A program made the translations under genes and the position numbers. From positions 496,001 to 560,000 of the forward strand of contig CM030338.1 in assembly GCA_017654855.1 (NCBI GenBank): a stretch of DNA of 64,000 bases, in the 5' to 3' direction. This document shows, piece by piece, positions 22,601 through 36,200 of the stretch (the stretch's first letter is position 1; every line of letters begins with the position of its first letter). This DNA is from Podospora anserina. Its lineage: Eukaryota. The notes below the pieces were generated by a model. That model had not been told where the DNA came from. It saw nothing but the letters and a program-made list of their open reading frames with translations, and did not search any database.

Positions 22601-25600
22601 CTGGAAGGCAAGAGAAGGCTCAATGTGGCGAATACTGTCATCCTCAATGTACTCGGGGCCACGGAAGGTGTAGTAACCGGGGTACGAGCCATCGTTGCGG
22701 CCGCAGATGAAGGTCAGACGACGGACGCGGCGGGCGAAAAGGTCATCCTTGAACTGATGGACCAGGGGCAAGATCTCCTTCAAGATCTCATCATCGCTGC
22801 GGCCCTCAGCATCGCGGATGGCAACGTTGACAACGGCTGAAAGTTCGTCGATGCTGTCAAGACGAGGAGGAGGGGGCGGGCGACGCTTGCCGCTGAGGTC
22901 AGGAATGAGGCCAGGGGTCTTCTTCTTGGCGCCATTCATCACCGGGAGGGTGTCGAGAGCTCTGGAGAGGAGGTCATCGGCATCCTCGAGGTACTTGCAT
23001 GGCACTATCACACCCTTACGGGTCGGCTCCTCTTGTGTCTTCCTCTCGAGGTAGGACATGTCGCTGATGGAGTGGATACGCTTGAAGGTGTTATCAACCG
23101 GCGTAGCCGGAGAGGATGGGGCGGCGGACTGCAAGGGCAGCCCGAACTCGGTCTGGCCGATCTTGCGCAGAGCAAAGTCCCAGGAAACGAAGGATGGCGT
23201 CTCGGTCTCATCGGTGTGGTACTCAATCTTCTTCAGGACATACGCACGGTACGCGCGACGGACGTAAACCTCCAAAGCAGCCAGAGAAACCCAGGGATCC
23301 TCGTGAGCGAAGAACAATGTCAGGACATCGAAGACAGTGTACTTGGAGTCGACGACCTCCTTGATGACCTCAAGGTTAGGCTCCCGGTGGTCCCAGCCGG
23401 TCTCGCCGTAGCGGGACTCAACAACAGAGGAGCGCAAAATGTGCTCCATCTGGGCGGTTCTCTCCTCGAGAGACGGAAGAGCACACTGGATGAGAATCTC
23501 ACGAGCCTTCAACGAGACCTTAGCAGTTTGGCGGGACTCGAGCTCGGCCATCTTGCGAAGCACTGGGCGAAGGTACTTGCCAACGTTGCCAACATTGGGC
23601 TTGTTGGGACGGTACTCCTCCAGAATGGCGAGAACCAGCGAGTTCTTGGCCGCGACTCTGGTATGCGACAGCACAGTCTGCACAACCTTGGAGGTGTCCT
23701 CCTTGTTCTGGTCACGAAGCTGCAAGATGACTTCCTCGTCCTGAGACCGGCGGCCAGAGAAAAGGCGCTCGACCTCGGCGTACATGTTCAGGAGCTCAGT
23801 AATAACGGTCAACTCACGCACCTTCTGACCTTCGGCATACATGTCGAGCACGTCGGTCAAAGGCTGAAGAGTGGTCTTGAGGACGTCCGCGTCGCTCTTG
23901 GAGGTGACGTTGTCGTCAAGGAACTTCTGGAAGACCTTGGCCAGGTTGCGAGCAGGGAACTCGGCGCCACGCGAGGACGCACGTTCGAGAACAGAGCTGA
24001 ACTGAGCGTCGAGCTTCTGGGGCATGCGGGCATGGAGAGCAGAGAACTGAGCCGAGAACTCGCTGTAGGGGAGCTTGGGGTCGCGGAGCACCTCAATAAG
24101 CCCCTTCAGGGTCTGCAGCATGATCACCTGGTTGTCGAAACCCATGAGGATGTTCTTGAGGGTGTTGAAGAGAAGGGTGAACTTCTGGGCGGGCTTGTTA
24201 CCAACCACCACAGGAGGGCCATACTCGGGAAGCTGGCCGATGAACGACTGAGCTTGCTTGACGCGGCTGGGGTCATCAAGAGCCAAGATACCGAGAATGT
24301 CACCAGCCTCGAGGGTAGCTCCGGGCTGCTTGATGAGCTGCACAATACCGTCCTCCTGCGCGATGAGGGGCATGTACATCTTCATGACCTCAACTTCGGC
24401 AAAGGTCTGGCCAGCGCGCACGTGGGCACCGTTCTCCACAGAGTACTTCACGAGCTTACCGGGAGATGGCGTGCGGAGCTGGGTGGGATCGTTCTCCTGC
24501 TCCAGCAGGCAGGTCTTGCTGTCGACTGAGATGCGAGTGGCGGCGGCCTCTTCCTTCCAGTACACGTTGTGACTGCGCCCATCGAGGAGGACCAGGAGAC
24601 CACCGTCGCTGAGAGCGCGAACACCGACTGTGCACTTGGAACCGTTGATGAAGAGGTGGTAGCTGTCAGAGCTGGAACGACTGACGGTGAACTTGTACCG
24701 GTAGCCCTCATAGATGAAGTCCACAGGGAAGACAGTCTTGAGAATGTCCTTGGAGGGGACTTGGCCCTTCTCTAGACCGGCTCTGTATTCGGCAATGCAG
24801 TTCTCGCTGGCAATGTGAGCCTTGGTGACAGCACCGCAGACAACAGCGAGCATAGGGTCAGGTCTCTCGGCAGTGAGCTTCTTGGAAATCAACTCATCAA
24901 GCCAGCCGGTGGTGATGGTGTTGTCCTCGAAAGCCTCGGTCTCGAGAAGCTTGATGAGGTACTCGACAGTAGTACGGAAGTCACCACGGATGCTCAGCTC
25001 CTTCAGGGCCACAACCATGTGCTTTCTGGAGGCAGCACGGTTCTCGCCGTAGGCGAAAATGTGACCGAACTGAGAGTCGGAGAAGCTGTGAATACCACCA
25101 GCGGAACCGACAGAGAAGTAACCCCAGACGTTGGAGCTGGAGCGGAAGTTCAAGTCGTGGAGCACACCGTTGGATGGCTTGAAGCCCTCACCGGGATCCT
25201 CGGAGGTGATACGGCAGGCCGTGGTGTGGCCCTTGGGCGTTGGCCTACGCTGGGTCTTTTCACTTTCAGGGTTCGCAAACTGGAAGTCGATCTCGGTAGC
25301 CGTCTTGGGATCCACACCATACAGCAAACGGATGTCCTGAATCCGGTGAAGTGGGAGACCCATGGCGATCTGCAGCTGGGCAGCGGGGAGGTTAACACCG
25401 CTGACCATTTCGGTCGTAGGATGCTCGACCTGGAGACGAGGGTTCAACTCCAAGAAGTAGAACTTGTCATCGGCATGGGAGTACAAATACTCGACGGTAC
25501 CGGCGGAAACGTAACCGACAAGCTTGCCGAGGCGAACGGCAGCCTCCTCCATGGCCTTGAACGTGTTTGGCTTGGCAATGGTGACGGGGGCCTCTTCGAT

Positions 25601-26634
25601 AATCTTTTGATGTCTGCGTTGGACCGAGCAATCTCTGCCAAACAGCGAAATGTTGTTGCCGTACTGATCAGCAAGCAATTGAACCTCCAAATGTCTCGCA
25701 CTGTCGGCCAACTTCATGACGAAAATGGGAGAGCCGGGGATCTCGCTCGCCGCCGCCTTGTAAAGCTCCTCGAAGGTCTCCTCGTTGACGACCTTGCGAA
25801 TACCCTTACCACCACCACCCTCAGAGGCCTTGACCATTACTGGGAAACCAATCTCCTTCGCCTTCTCCAAGCCCTCTTGCCACGAGCTCACGCAGCCCTT
25901 GAGGTAGACATCATCTGGAACTGTGACGATGCCATCCTCGTCCACACTCACTTGGGAAACGCCAGTACCAGACCATGGAATACATGGCACATCGGCGTGC
26001 TGAGCTACAATGGTGGAAGAGATCTTGTCACCGAGCGAGCGCATGGCAGAGCCCGGAGGACCGATGAACACAATCTTCTTTGGTGACGCGGCGAGGGACT
26101 CTGGAAGCTTGGGGTTTTCCGAAGCGTGACCCCAGCCTGCCCACACGGCGTGTACGTCCATACGCTCCGCAATGTCAACAATAAGCTCGACATTGGCATA
26201 GTTGTGGTTGTTTGTGCCGCCGGGAACCTCAACGTAATGGTCAGCCATACGGATGTAGTCGGCGTTTGCTTGCAAATCTTCTGGCGTGGCCATCACGGTG
26301 AACTTGATGGCCCGCTCGTCGCCAAACGTCTCGTAGGCCCATTTTCGCACTGATCTGATCTCCTTGACGGCGGCGATACCGTTGTTGGCGATCAATACCT
26401 GTGAACAAGAGAGTTAGAAGTGTTTTCTCGGTCAAAAAGTATCAGGCGAGCACTCACATTTGTAATGACGGTGTGACCGTCGTGGTTAGCGACAAAGTCC
26501 TTCACCTTGGACGGCGGGGCATTTTCCAGCCGGTTGCCGCCAATGAAGTGGGAGGCGATTTTGTGCTTCTCGGCATACGAAGCCTTGCCGTTGGACTTGG
26601 GCACTATAACGCCGTTCCGTGGTGTGTCTCCCAT
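19653..26634 (-). CDS. ACC1: Acetyl-CoA carboxylase (about 2286 aa); exons 26634-26458, 26398-21283, 21220-19653
   Basis: BC domain '[14 protein letters not shown]', biotin site 'EVMKM', CT domain 'ANWRGFSGG'. Two GTGAGT..CAG introns join the three ORF pieces in frame. Confidence 0.98.
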
Positions 26635-29600
26635 GATTGCTGCTTTGGGGGGGTGGGTTGCAGACTCGTTTGTTGGGGATCTGGCGGGGAATTCGTTCGA
26701 AAATAAGAGAAGAGGTCGTCTACTCGATCATTAAAGTACGTAACGTGGTGTAGCGCCAGGCGGTGTGAAGCGTTTGTCGAGCAGAGCAGGTCGGCACAGG
26801 CAATCGGATATTTTCCCAAACCAGACGCCGATAAGAGGAAAGGGGTGGAGGGGGATGATGCTGGCAGGCGGCGGTGTCTGCTGTGCTGTGCTGGGAACTG
26901 GAACTGGCGGATGCCCCGGTGTCAGCGAAACTCTATGCTTGGCGATTGGGCTGCTGATTTGTATCCGTGGAGTCCGAACGAACCTGGATATGTGGACCGG
27001 TATATCCTTATCCTACTCCTACTCCTTTGCTGCAAGGGATCTAGATATCTGTTTATCAGACCACAATCAAAATATTACGATGGTGATAAGTGCAATAGAA
27101 TGCAGCAGAACAGACGAGGTGAGGGACGAAGAGAAGAGGGGGGGGGGGTCGGCCGAGGGAGCTCCCAAGGTTGATGCAGACCAGGCAAGGAGCGAAGGGA
27201 GGGGAAGCAGATCCAGAAGGAATGGAGAAGAGAGAAGAAGGGAAGGGAGAAGTCCTTACTTCGGGGGGGATGAGGGGAGGAGTTGTCCGTAGATGAATGG
27301 GTCGAGTTTGGGTTTCTGGCGAGACGTTGTTCGTCCCTGTTCTAAACATTCTGGTTGACAGCCGGGGCCCGGGGCTTGGTGGGAAAGGTGGGATGTGGGG
27401 ACCCCAAAATTGGAGCCATCCGCATCCGAGCAACCCAGCGCCCACCACACACCCAGACCACCACCGACCACTGCACTTTCCACTGTAACTTTTTTTTTTC
27501 ACCCCTCGCACCCCCTGCGTGCCCGTGGCTCCGTCCCTTTGCTTCCCGCGCCGAGCCTCTCAGTGACATCTGAACTCGGTCGAATCAAGCCAATCATCGC
27601 TCACACCGCCGACGACCGAGCCGACATGTTGGGGAAACTCCCAAAAGGCCACACACAGCACGCCGTCTGCCCGCTTGCCGGGGCATCCAGCAGCAGCAAC
27701 GTCAGCCCGCAGAACAAGTGCCCTTCCACCGTGGGCTCGGGGTTCAAGAGATGTACCTCCGTTAAGCTTTTGATATCACCGAAGACACTCATGGGACACC
27801 CTAGGTACATTTCGCGTCGTCGCTTGACTTGGAGCAACACCGACGGCGGCATTGCCTTCCAGGTTTCTATGCTTCTCTCTATTTCAAGCCTCTGCTTTCC
27901 CCATCTCCCGTCCCCAGATTGGCATTCCTGTTCCTGTTCCTGCATCCTTCTCTGCCATGCCACTGCCCGAGACTCCCGGTCTTCAACCCAGCCGCATGGA
28001 CACCTTCATGTCAGCCCCGGCGCAGCACACGGCGGATTTGGGGTTCAATGTTTCGCCGACGATGCCGCTTCGGCGCTCGGGGCAACGCCAGATGGTGTCC
28101 GAATCCCTTCATCGACGATTTCGTATCTACGATCTCTCGAGCCTACTTTCCCAAATTCCCATTTGTGCCGTTTCTGTTTCCGTCTCCCCTTTGGAAATCA
28201 GCCTGCAGGGTACTTTGGTCCGAGGCATGCACTAACAAAGAGACCAGCAGCCCTCAACAACCAACCCCGATCGGTTCAACCCTTTTGCAACTGGCCCAGA
28301 TGGTCTGTGCCCTTGGGCACTCGGGGCCGGCCCCTGGTTCGATCTCAGCCTGGTGGAACCGACCCCAGGGAAGGGTTTTCTGGGCGGTCATGGCTGGCTG
28401 GCTGACAGCGGACCGCCGAAGATGGCATTTTGATTTTTGGATCACACTTCACGCTTCAAGTCTTCAACAGCCACAGACAGAGCCAGTAACTCGTCCCTCA
28501 AAACTCTCCCTCAACCCAAGAGGACAGACACACGCCCAGCCACTGCAAGAATCGTGAAATTTAATGACCAGTGTTGGGACTGGGAAAGTGGCAATCAACT
28601 GTGGGTGAAAGATGCCCCAATTGTTGAGTTCCCGTCGTCCCTCGAGTTATGCCGGAACCCCCGGGTCCCTTTGATCGACAGGAAATTGTTAGCGCAAAAG
28701 ACCGGAGTCGGACCCGCAGATCCCCAACATCTTGTCCGCCCAGGAATTGCCCTTTGCGGACTAGACTTTCATCATTTCTGGTCTTTTCCATCTCTCTCCC
28801 CAGGCGTTTCCGTGTTTTGGTTGTGCTCAGGGATCCGTCAACACGACGAGTTTCAACACTGACTCGGCTGGTCAACAACATTTGTAGTGGCCGACAATTC
28901 CCGGTTTCCATCTGTCCGGCCTCGTGGTCTGGAGACTCTCAACTCCCGAGTGAAGTCGCCGCTCGGTGATATTCTCCCGCTCGGTTTTGAGACGTTGGCC
29001 TCTCTTGATAAGAAGATCTTCCTTCCTTTGTGTTCAAGCAGGCCTCAGAGATGGCCTATCAGGAATAGGTCACGCCGTCACATTCATCTTGAGATGCAGA
29101 TGTGGCAGCTGTATGGCTCTCTCGGTGTTATCAGTGGTGGGTATTGTAGTGTTGTCACCACTCGGCCATCGACAGCCAGATATGCTTTTGGATAAATCAC
29201 ATGCCACCTCACCATCGCGACAAACACTGTCGTCAACACAAAAGACCCTTGTCTCCAAGAATAGAGTCGTCACCGGGCCGCTCCGCACTGGAGAAACCTT
29301 GCCGCCATCACGGACCACAAGACTAGCCACATGGGACAATGGCCATCGTGATGTGGTCCCAGGCTGTTTACCTCTTCGTGATGAATCATGAACCTCCAGT
29401 CCAGTGATTGTAGGACCATCCATCTCGATCATGTCTATGTATACCGTTGGTAATGTCCATAATTTGCCAGACATATCTAGTGTCCAACCACACACCCCCC
29501 TCCTGCTTCCTCCACCGCGAGGTGTACCTCTAATCCCTCCACACCAACATGCCTAAACATACGCCGTACTCTTAAGACTGCGAACCATGCCCTTCTGCAC

Positions 29601-31218
29601 ATCTATCTGCAAGCAAGCAATCCAAGCAGATCGGAAGCCACTGCCGAATCTTGACAGGTCGATCCGACCCGACGGGAAGGCAGGTCAGCAGAAGAACCAG
29701 GCCCCACTGACATCAGAATCGTACGATTTTTCTCTTGGTTCCCTTTCCCACGAGGCCAACGGGGGGCTAGACCAGTCCAGGATCTGCCAGGCACAGCACC
29801 TTCAAAGACATGAAGCTCAGCCTTATAAAAGTTAACTGATGCTGTTGGTTTAAGGTGTAACATCGAGCTTCACCAAGTTTGCTGCAGCTACGTGGACAGA
29901 AGAAGGGGGTACATTTGTCTGTTCTCTTGACCACGCATCAATGCTTTCCCAAGTACCTAACTAATCCTTCCGTTTACCTTGACAAATCACAACAAACTTC
30001 AGCAAGATGAAACACCCTCTTTGACGCACGCACACACAGCTCTCGTAAACTCTGAGCCTGATATTTTGGCTCTATATTTCAACTGGTCAAGATTATTTCC
30101 CAAGGTACCTACCTACCTAGGCACGCGTCGTCGACAAAATAACTGGTACTACAAGTAAGTAAGACGTATGATAACCGTTGACTTCTACCTTTTAAACAGG
30201 GAATAGGCCTTTTGACTACTCCCTCAGGCCTATCGACTATCTCTCAAGACCTACTGGTCATTTCGAGGCCTAGTAGCCATATTTTAGGTATGGTTCAGAA
30301 CTTTTGCAATGTCGTCCACAGCATGCTAGGTACTACTTGCGCGTGCCCTTCAAACTATCACTCGTTGCCTCTGCTGTACCTTATTGCATCAGTCCGTCTC
30401 CCGAAGACTTCTTGCCCTTGAAGTTTCCAGGAAGAATACTCCTCAAATGCCATGCATGTCCATACTCCTCAAGCACCATGTCTATACCCCTCAGTCACAA
30501 AAGAACAATCCAAACGCCATTCCCTCGCTCAGCACCCAAGTCACACAAAATCCCCAACCCCGAATCACAACACCCACCCCATTCGTTACATGCAATCATA
30601 CCATCAAAGTTAAAAATCGCTACAAAACAAATGCAAAACTACAACAATATCATCTCATAACCACAACCCACCACCATGCTCAAGCCCTCCAAGCTCAATC
30701 CTCATCTCTCATGTCATCACGAAGCAAAACAAAAAACACCGTCAATCGTAATGCAAACTGTAAAATGCACAAAAGAAAAAAGAAAAAAAAATAGGTATCA
30801 AGTATTGAAAAAAAGTGTATATCAAAGCAACCAATTCATCCATCATCACTCTCTCACACATCAACGCCCCGTCTTTCTTCTTCCGGTAGGTTAGCACCCT
30901 CCCCATTCTTCCCGCCTCACCTCAGTAAGAAATATAAGGTAGAAGAGAATAAAGCCACAGAGTTGCGATGTGTGAACCCCCCTCCTCCCCTTCAGCCCAA
31001 TTTGCCCCCTCCTCCCCCCTCCCTTCCTTTCCTTTCCGTTCCTGTTTGTGTAGTAAGGCGCCAAAGTCAAAACAAAGGTATCATCCATGCCTCCCAACCA
31101 ACCCATTCAGCCAGCCAGCTATCACGCCGCCTCTCCGCTTCAACACAATTGTAAATTATAGGCTCCTTAATCATGCCCCCTTCCATCATAGCTATCTTCT
31201 TTGCCTGATGGACCTGGC

Positions 31219-33134
31219 TTAGTAGGTTTCCCCCAAATCCTCCAGCACCCTCCCCTGCATGCCTCCCGCTAGCAGACTTGCTACAGGCCCGGCAGCACTG
31301 GCACTACTAGTCCTCCGCAGCCCGATGCTTCCCGATCCTCCGCTCTGCCTCCTCGGTGCTGGAATCCCGCTTGGTCCCGGAATGGCACTGAACCCACCCT
31401 CGTCCATCCTGCTAAAGGTTCCCCGTCTGCTAGGCGTCCGGAACTCCCCAGTGTCTCCCTCATCCAGTTCCAGCGTGCTGTAACTAACGCTGTGACTTGG
31501 ATTGTGACCATGATGCGACTCCCTCCCACTGTGCATGCCCAGACTACTCCTCGGCCTACTTAGTGGTGTTCTGGACCCCGTGAGACTGGCCCTGCTCATC
31601 GGCCTAGGAGGTGGCATGGCGGCGCTCGAGGGACCACCGCCGTGCAATTCCTGTCTGCTAACCGGCCGTGCGTAGCTCGAGACGCTAGCTCGACTGCTGG
31701 GCCGTGGGATATCGGATGCATCGGCTTGGTGGTTAGGGTTACGGTTGGGCAGCGGACCAAAGGACAATCGGGAGACGCCCGACGTGCTAAGTCGGGGGAC
31801 GTGCTTATTCGCCGTTGAACTCGAAAGGCTGCTGCGGAAATTGGATGGCGTTGGTTTGTCGTCGCCGTTGCTGATCGTCGACGATGCTGTGGAACCGGCG
31901 TTACGCTTCCTACTGCGTATTGTGACCGAAGATGGTACCGTGGGAACTGTTCTTGGTGAACCCCGTGGTGGGGTGCTGGTCGAACCTGCAGGGAGCTTGG
32001 ACCGGGCAGACTGCACACGAGCTTCCAGACGCTGCATCTGTGCTGTGAGCGTCCGGATATGGGTGAGTGAATTGGACGGCGGAATCTTATGCGCCCTCGT
32101 GCTTGGTGGTGGCTTGCTGGTAGTCGAGTTTCTCTGGGCAGGCGTGCGCAATGCGGCGGAAGCAGTCGCCACACGATTGCCCCGGGTTGAAGAGCTAGAC
32201 GCACCGCCAACGGACCTTGGTTTAGATGCCATGCTGCTGTCGGCAGAAGGCAATCGGGATTTCCTTTGGGACGTAGGACCTTTTGTGACGCTGAGTCGTG
32301 ACCGGGACAGTTGAGAGATCTCCGAGATGGAGGGTGATGGTGGGTCTTGAAGTTCGGACAAGGTGTCCGCGGTGGATAGCGACTTGGTGTCGGGTGGGGT
32401 GGTGATCATTGGTGAGCTTGCGGTCGAGTGAGGTGAGCTGCCAAATGGCGGGGAGCCGGGGAGCGAGAGGTCAGTGGAGAGTGTCGATAAATGGCGGGCA
32501 TCCTGCTTCTTGATCTTGTGCTGCAAGATTTCGGCCTCGATCTTTAGATCCGACAACTCCTCCCTCAACCGCTGAGTCTCTACCCGAAGCTGTTCCCTTT
32601 CCTGTTCCCCAATCTTGATCTCCTCCTCCAGCAAGACAGCCCGTTCGATGGCGACATTGTACTTGGACTCGAGATCCTCCAGTGATGACGTGGTGTTGCG
32701 CGCCTGTCGCTCAAAGTCGTCATTTGCTACCTCGATGTCCCGTAGTCTGAGCTGCAAGGTCCGGTTTGTTTCGCGAAGGGTGGTGATCTCTTTCTCGAGA
32801 ATGCTTTGCGCCGCATTTGCCTCGGATTTGGATTCCTTGTATTTTCGCTGGTAGGACGTGTCAGCCAAACCGTCACTCGAGTGCGCTCATAAGGAGATAT
32901 CAGTACCTTCCATTCCTCCACCTCATAGCTCAGGCTCTCGGCCTTTTTCTGCAGAGCCCTTTCCCGCTTGTCGGCAGCATCCAGGTCCTTTTCGAGCTCG
33001 GCTTCTAGCTCTTTGCTTGAGGCTTGGAATTCCGATAGTTCCTGCTCGAGCAGCTCGTATTGCGACTTGTACCACGCGAGCGCATCCTGGGGGTTGGCCT
33101 CGGCGCTTGGAGGGGATGATGGTGACTCCGACAT
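31219..33134 (-). CDS. nudE: Nuclear distribution protein NudE (RO11); intron 32906-32848
   Basis: '[14 protein letters not shown]', '[16 protein letters not shown]' and '[11 protein letters not shown]' in the coiled coil, followed by a Ser/Pro-rich tail. Confidence 0.93.
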
Positions 33135-33536
33135 TTTTTGTTGTAATTATTTGTTGGTTGCTGTTTTTTCGTAATTTTTGCTATGCGATACTGCGAGATG
33201 TAGTGGCTGTGATGCGCAAAAGGGACGAATCTCGCATGTGATGATTGTGGGAATAAATTAACTCTAGGGAAAAGGCGGTCGGAAAGAACGTCGGACAGTT
33301 GGCAGCGAAAACAGAAACTGAAAGCAGATATGAAAGTCGTGGATCGTTATCGTAAAATGCAGCGGGAAGGCTCGAGGCGTTATGCGAAAATGCGGCAGGT
33401 CATGGCCGACTGTGAGTTCCCGCGATGGGGGGGTATTTTCCTGGTGTTGAGCGACGACGTCAACAACTGAGGTTGTAATCTGCGGGAGGTGGAGGCGGAG
33501 GAGGAGAAGGCGGTCGCGGGGGGATGAGTGACAGGC

Positions 33537-33575
33537 GAGAGAGAGACAGAACGCAGAGAGAGAGAGAGAGCGAGA
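33537..33575. repeat. Imperfect (GA)n microsatellite upstream of nudE
   Basis: gagagagagacagaacgcagagagagagagagagcgaga read directly. Confidence 0.75.
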
Positions 33576-34851
33576 GGCAGCTTACCCGACGGTCGCGCGG
33601 GCAGGAAAAGGGCGTCTTGGACAGTCGGAAAGGGCGTCGAAGAGTCCGGCGGTGGACTTGATCGAGTGATCGCACTTCGCGACCTACTTACCTACCTGAT
33701 TCCGTCGTAAGTCGTCTCGGTTGGCGATTGCGATGTCGTCGGTTGTCGAGTTGGCGGCGGGCGGGAGGGAAGGTTGGATGCTTCCTCGTTCTCCCAGTCC
33801 TGGTCCCGGGGCTGGGTGTTTTCCTTGGCACCTGTGGGCTCTTCCTCTTCTCCCTCTGCTCTGCATGCGCTAATGGCACCATGGCAACCGTGCACCATTT
33901 GCTCCACCCAACCTGAGCTTCTTTTAGAGTCAACAAACCCACTTTCAACCTCGTCAACATCAACAGAGCACTTTATGTACTTTGATGTCATGACGTTGGT
34001 CTTGCTCTTGGAGACATTTCTCTTTCATCTATCCTACCTCTTGGACTCATCTTCTTCAAATTCATTGTCTCTACCACACAATCTATCTCCCTCCCTATTC
34101 TTCTTCATCCATCCGCGTATCTTCTTCAACATGCTACCTACCTAGTTTCCCGCTGTTTTAGCAGGACGAACCACATTCACTCCCACCCAACTAGATCTTC
34201 AACACAGCCAGTCAGCCAGACTTGTTGCTCACACTCACACTGCCGATTCTACCCCAGCTCATGCCAACTGCCCGCCCCTGTTCTGCTTTAAATACACCCT
34301 GCCCTATGCTAAATGTGTCGCGCTGCTTGCTTGCTTGCGCCTGCTGCGCTGTCTTGCCTCTGACAGAGCGATCCTTTCTGCAGCCCCAGGATCGACCAAC
34401 GCCGCGCGCCATCCACTGCATTTGAAACGGTTTGCGCATTTGCCAAATATCGCTTTTTGTGTGTCGCAGCAATGCCGCTGCCAGAAAGATGAGCGGGTGG
34501 TCTCCGGTCCCGCCCACTTATGACTGGTCATCCGATCACGCATCCTTGGCGACTGCCAAGTGGCAGACACATGACGGTGTTCAGTCTTGGTTTTCTTTTA
34601 TAGGAGGGTATCGCGGTTCCTGCATGTGCCTGTTTCTGCTGTGGCACCCCATCACATGGTGGTGTTGTGTTCCTCTGAGTATGTGGAAAGGGTTAGGGTC
34701 GGCGCCTGTCATGCAATGGCCATTCCAAACACCACACTTGTGAGAACCACAGCAAGGTATTCATGACTTTGTTGTATTATCATTTGTAGGAGGTCTTCTC
34801 CGATGCCCGCCAACTCCATGCCTGCTGCTGCTCAACTAAGCCAGTCCCTCA

Positions 34852-35499
34852 TTAAAGCCCATACTTTTGCGTCTTCATAAAATCCATGCCCGCCGCAAAA
34901 TGAAACAACTTGGCCGCCACAATAAACCTCTCCCTCTTGCTATACTCCACCAGCTTCTCATATAGCTCTGCCAGCGGGACGACCACCCGCTCAATGTGCT
35001 CCCCATCCTCCAACCTCTGCTCCGGCAGCGAGCCCGCCTCCAGTTCAGGCACCTCCACCTCTACCATAGCCATCTGCATATTCGCATTCGACAAGCCCGG
35101 ATCAGCCGCCTGCACCGGGCTGACACTCAGCACCCTGCTCACTTCGTACCCCGTCTCCTCCTTGAACTCCCTCACTGCCGCCTCTTCGGCTGTCTCATCC
35201 TCGTCGATAAGACCGGCAGGCCACTCGACAGTGTAAGCGTCTAGTGGGGGGCGGTATTGGATCACTAGCAGTGTGGAGGGGGCCTTGTTGGGAGAAAGCA
35301 AGATGTTGCCAATCGCTACAGCGTCGACGCCTGTCTTGGCGGAGCGAGTCTTGCGGGAGGCGACCTCCCATGTGCGTGCTTTGCCTGTTTGGTCGGTGTA
35401 CTCGATTTTTTGAAGAGTCACCCATCTGGCTTCTGAGGTGGGAAGTTCCGTGACCGAGGTGATGGCTGGTTCTTGCTTCTTGTGGAGGGTTTGCGTCAT
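34852..35499 (-). CDS. Nudix hydrolase, ADP-ribose pyrophosphatase (YSA1/NUDT5-like); an in-frame upstream ATG lies at 35754
   Basis: Nudix box 'AGLIDEDETAEEAAVREFKEETGY', plus 'QYRPP' and 'LEDGEHIE'. Confidence 0.9.
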   Translation of the reverse strand: MTQTLHKKQEPAITSVTELPTSEARWVTLQKIEYTDQTGKARTWEVASRKTRSAKTGVDAVAIGNILLSPNKAPSTLLVIQYRPPLDAYTVEWPAGLIDEDETAEEAAVREFKEETGYEVSRVLSVSPVQAADPGLSNANMQMAMVEVEVPELEAGSLPEQRLEDGEHIERVVVPLAELYEKLVEYSKRERFIVAAKLFHFAAGMDFMKTQKYGL

Positions 35500-36200
35500 T
35501 TTGGATTTGAGGATGTGAGGGAAGGAGTTGCGGCGGGGTTTGGCAGGGGCGGTCGTGGTAGAGTGATGGTGAAAAAGCAGGTTCAAATGCCGGTGGTGGT
35601 GGGTATGATGATGGTGAGGATCTGTGAAGGTGGTGGTGTGCTTGTTTGGGGTGAGGATGAGGTTGTTGGTGAGAGAGGGAATGAACAAGTCCATAAGAGG
35701 GCGAGTCAAAGCGGGGCTGGCTGAGCGGCGAGGAATGATGCCCCGCAACTGCATGAGATGAAGAAAGGTAGTCAAACGGAATACTTGGTAAATATGATGG
35801 ATAATTGGAAGAAGTCTTTGACTTTGTTTCTGCTAATTGACACTCTTTCTCAAGATTTTCAGATTTTGGGGGCTGAAACAGTTCAGATTCAGTTGATGAG
35901 TTCAGATGGCAGTCTCGACTTGGATGAGAGGTGGGTCAAGTTGCGTCACCATCTCAGCGCAATTCAGGTACGGGTTAGGGTTTACAATGACGATGACAAT
36001 GACAGCAATCGAGGAGGCATCATGCCAAATTATTGACAACGACAAAGAGCCTTGAGCTTTCTAGAGTATTTACAGCTCGATCAACTATGTACAGGAAAGA
36101 GCAAATTCACCACCGAAAGTCGAACAGCAGGGAGACCGGAGCTTCCAGCATGGCCCCTGCCTCATTCCGTCTGCACCGTATCCCCTTTCACGGAAGGAGC

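Noticed and set aside
19359-26086. Long plus-strand ORFs (656, 473, 498 and 423 aa) antisense to ACC1
   Set aside because: Shadow ORFs expected from strong codon bias on the coding strand; no motifs.
27395-28557. 336-aa and 242-aa overlapping plus-strand ORFs upstream of ACC1
   Set aside because: Non-ATG starts, no codon bias or domain pattern; likely chance ORFs in GC-rich promoter DNA.
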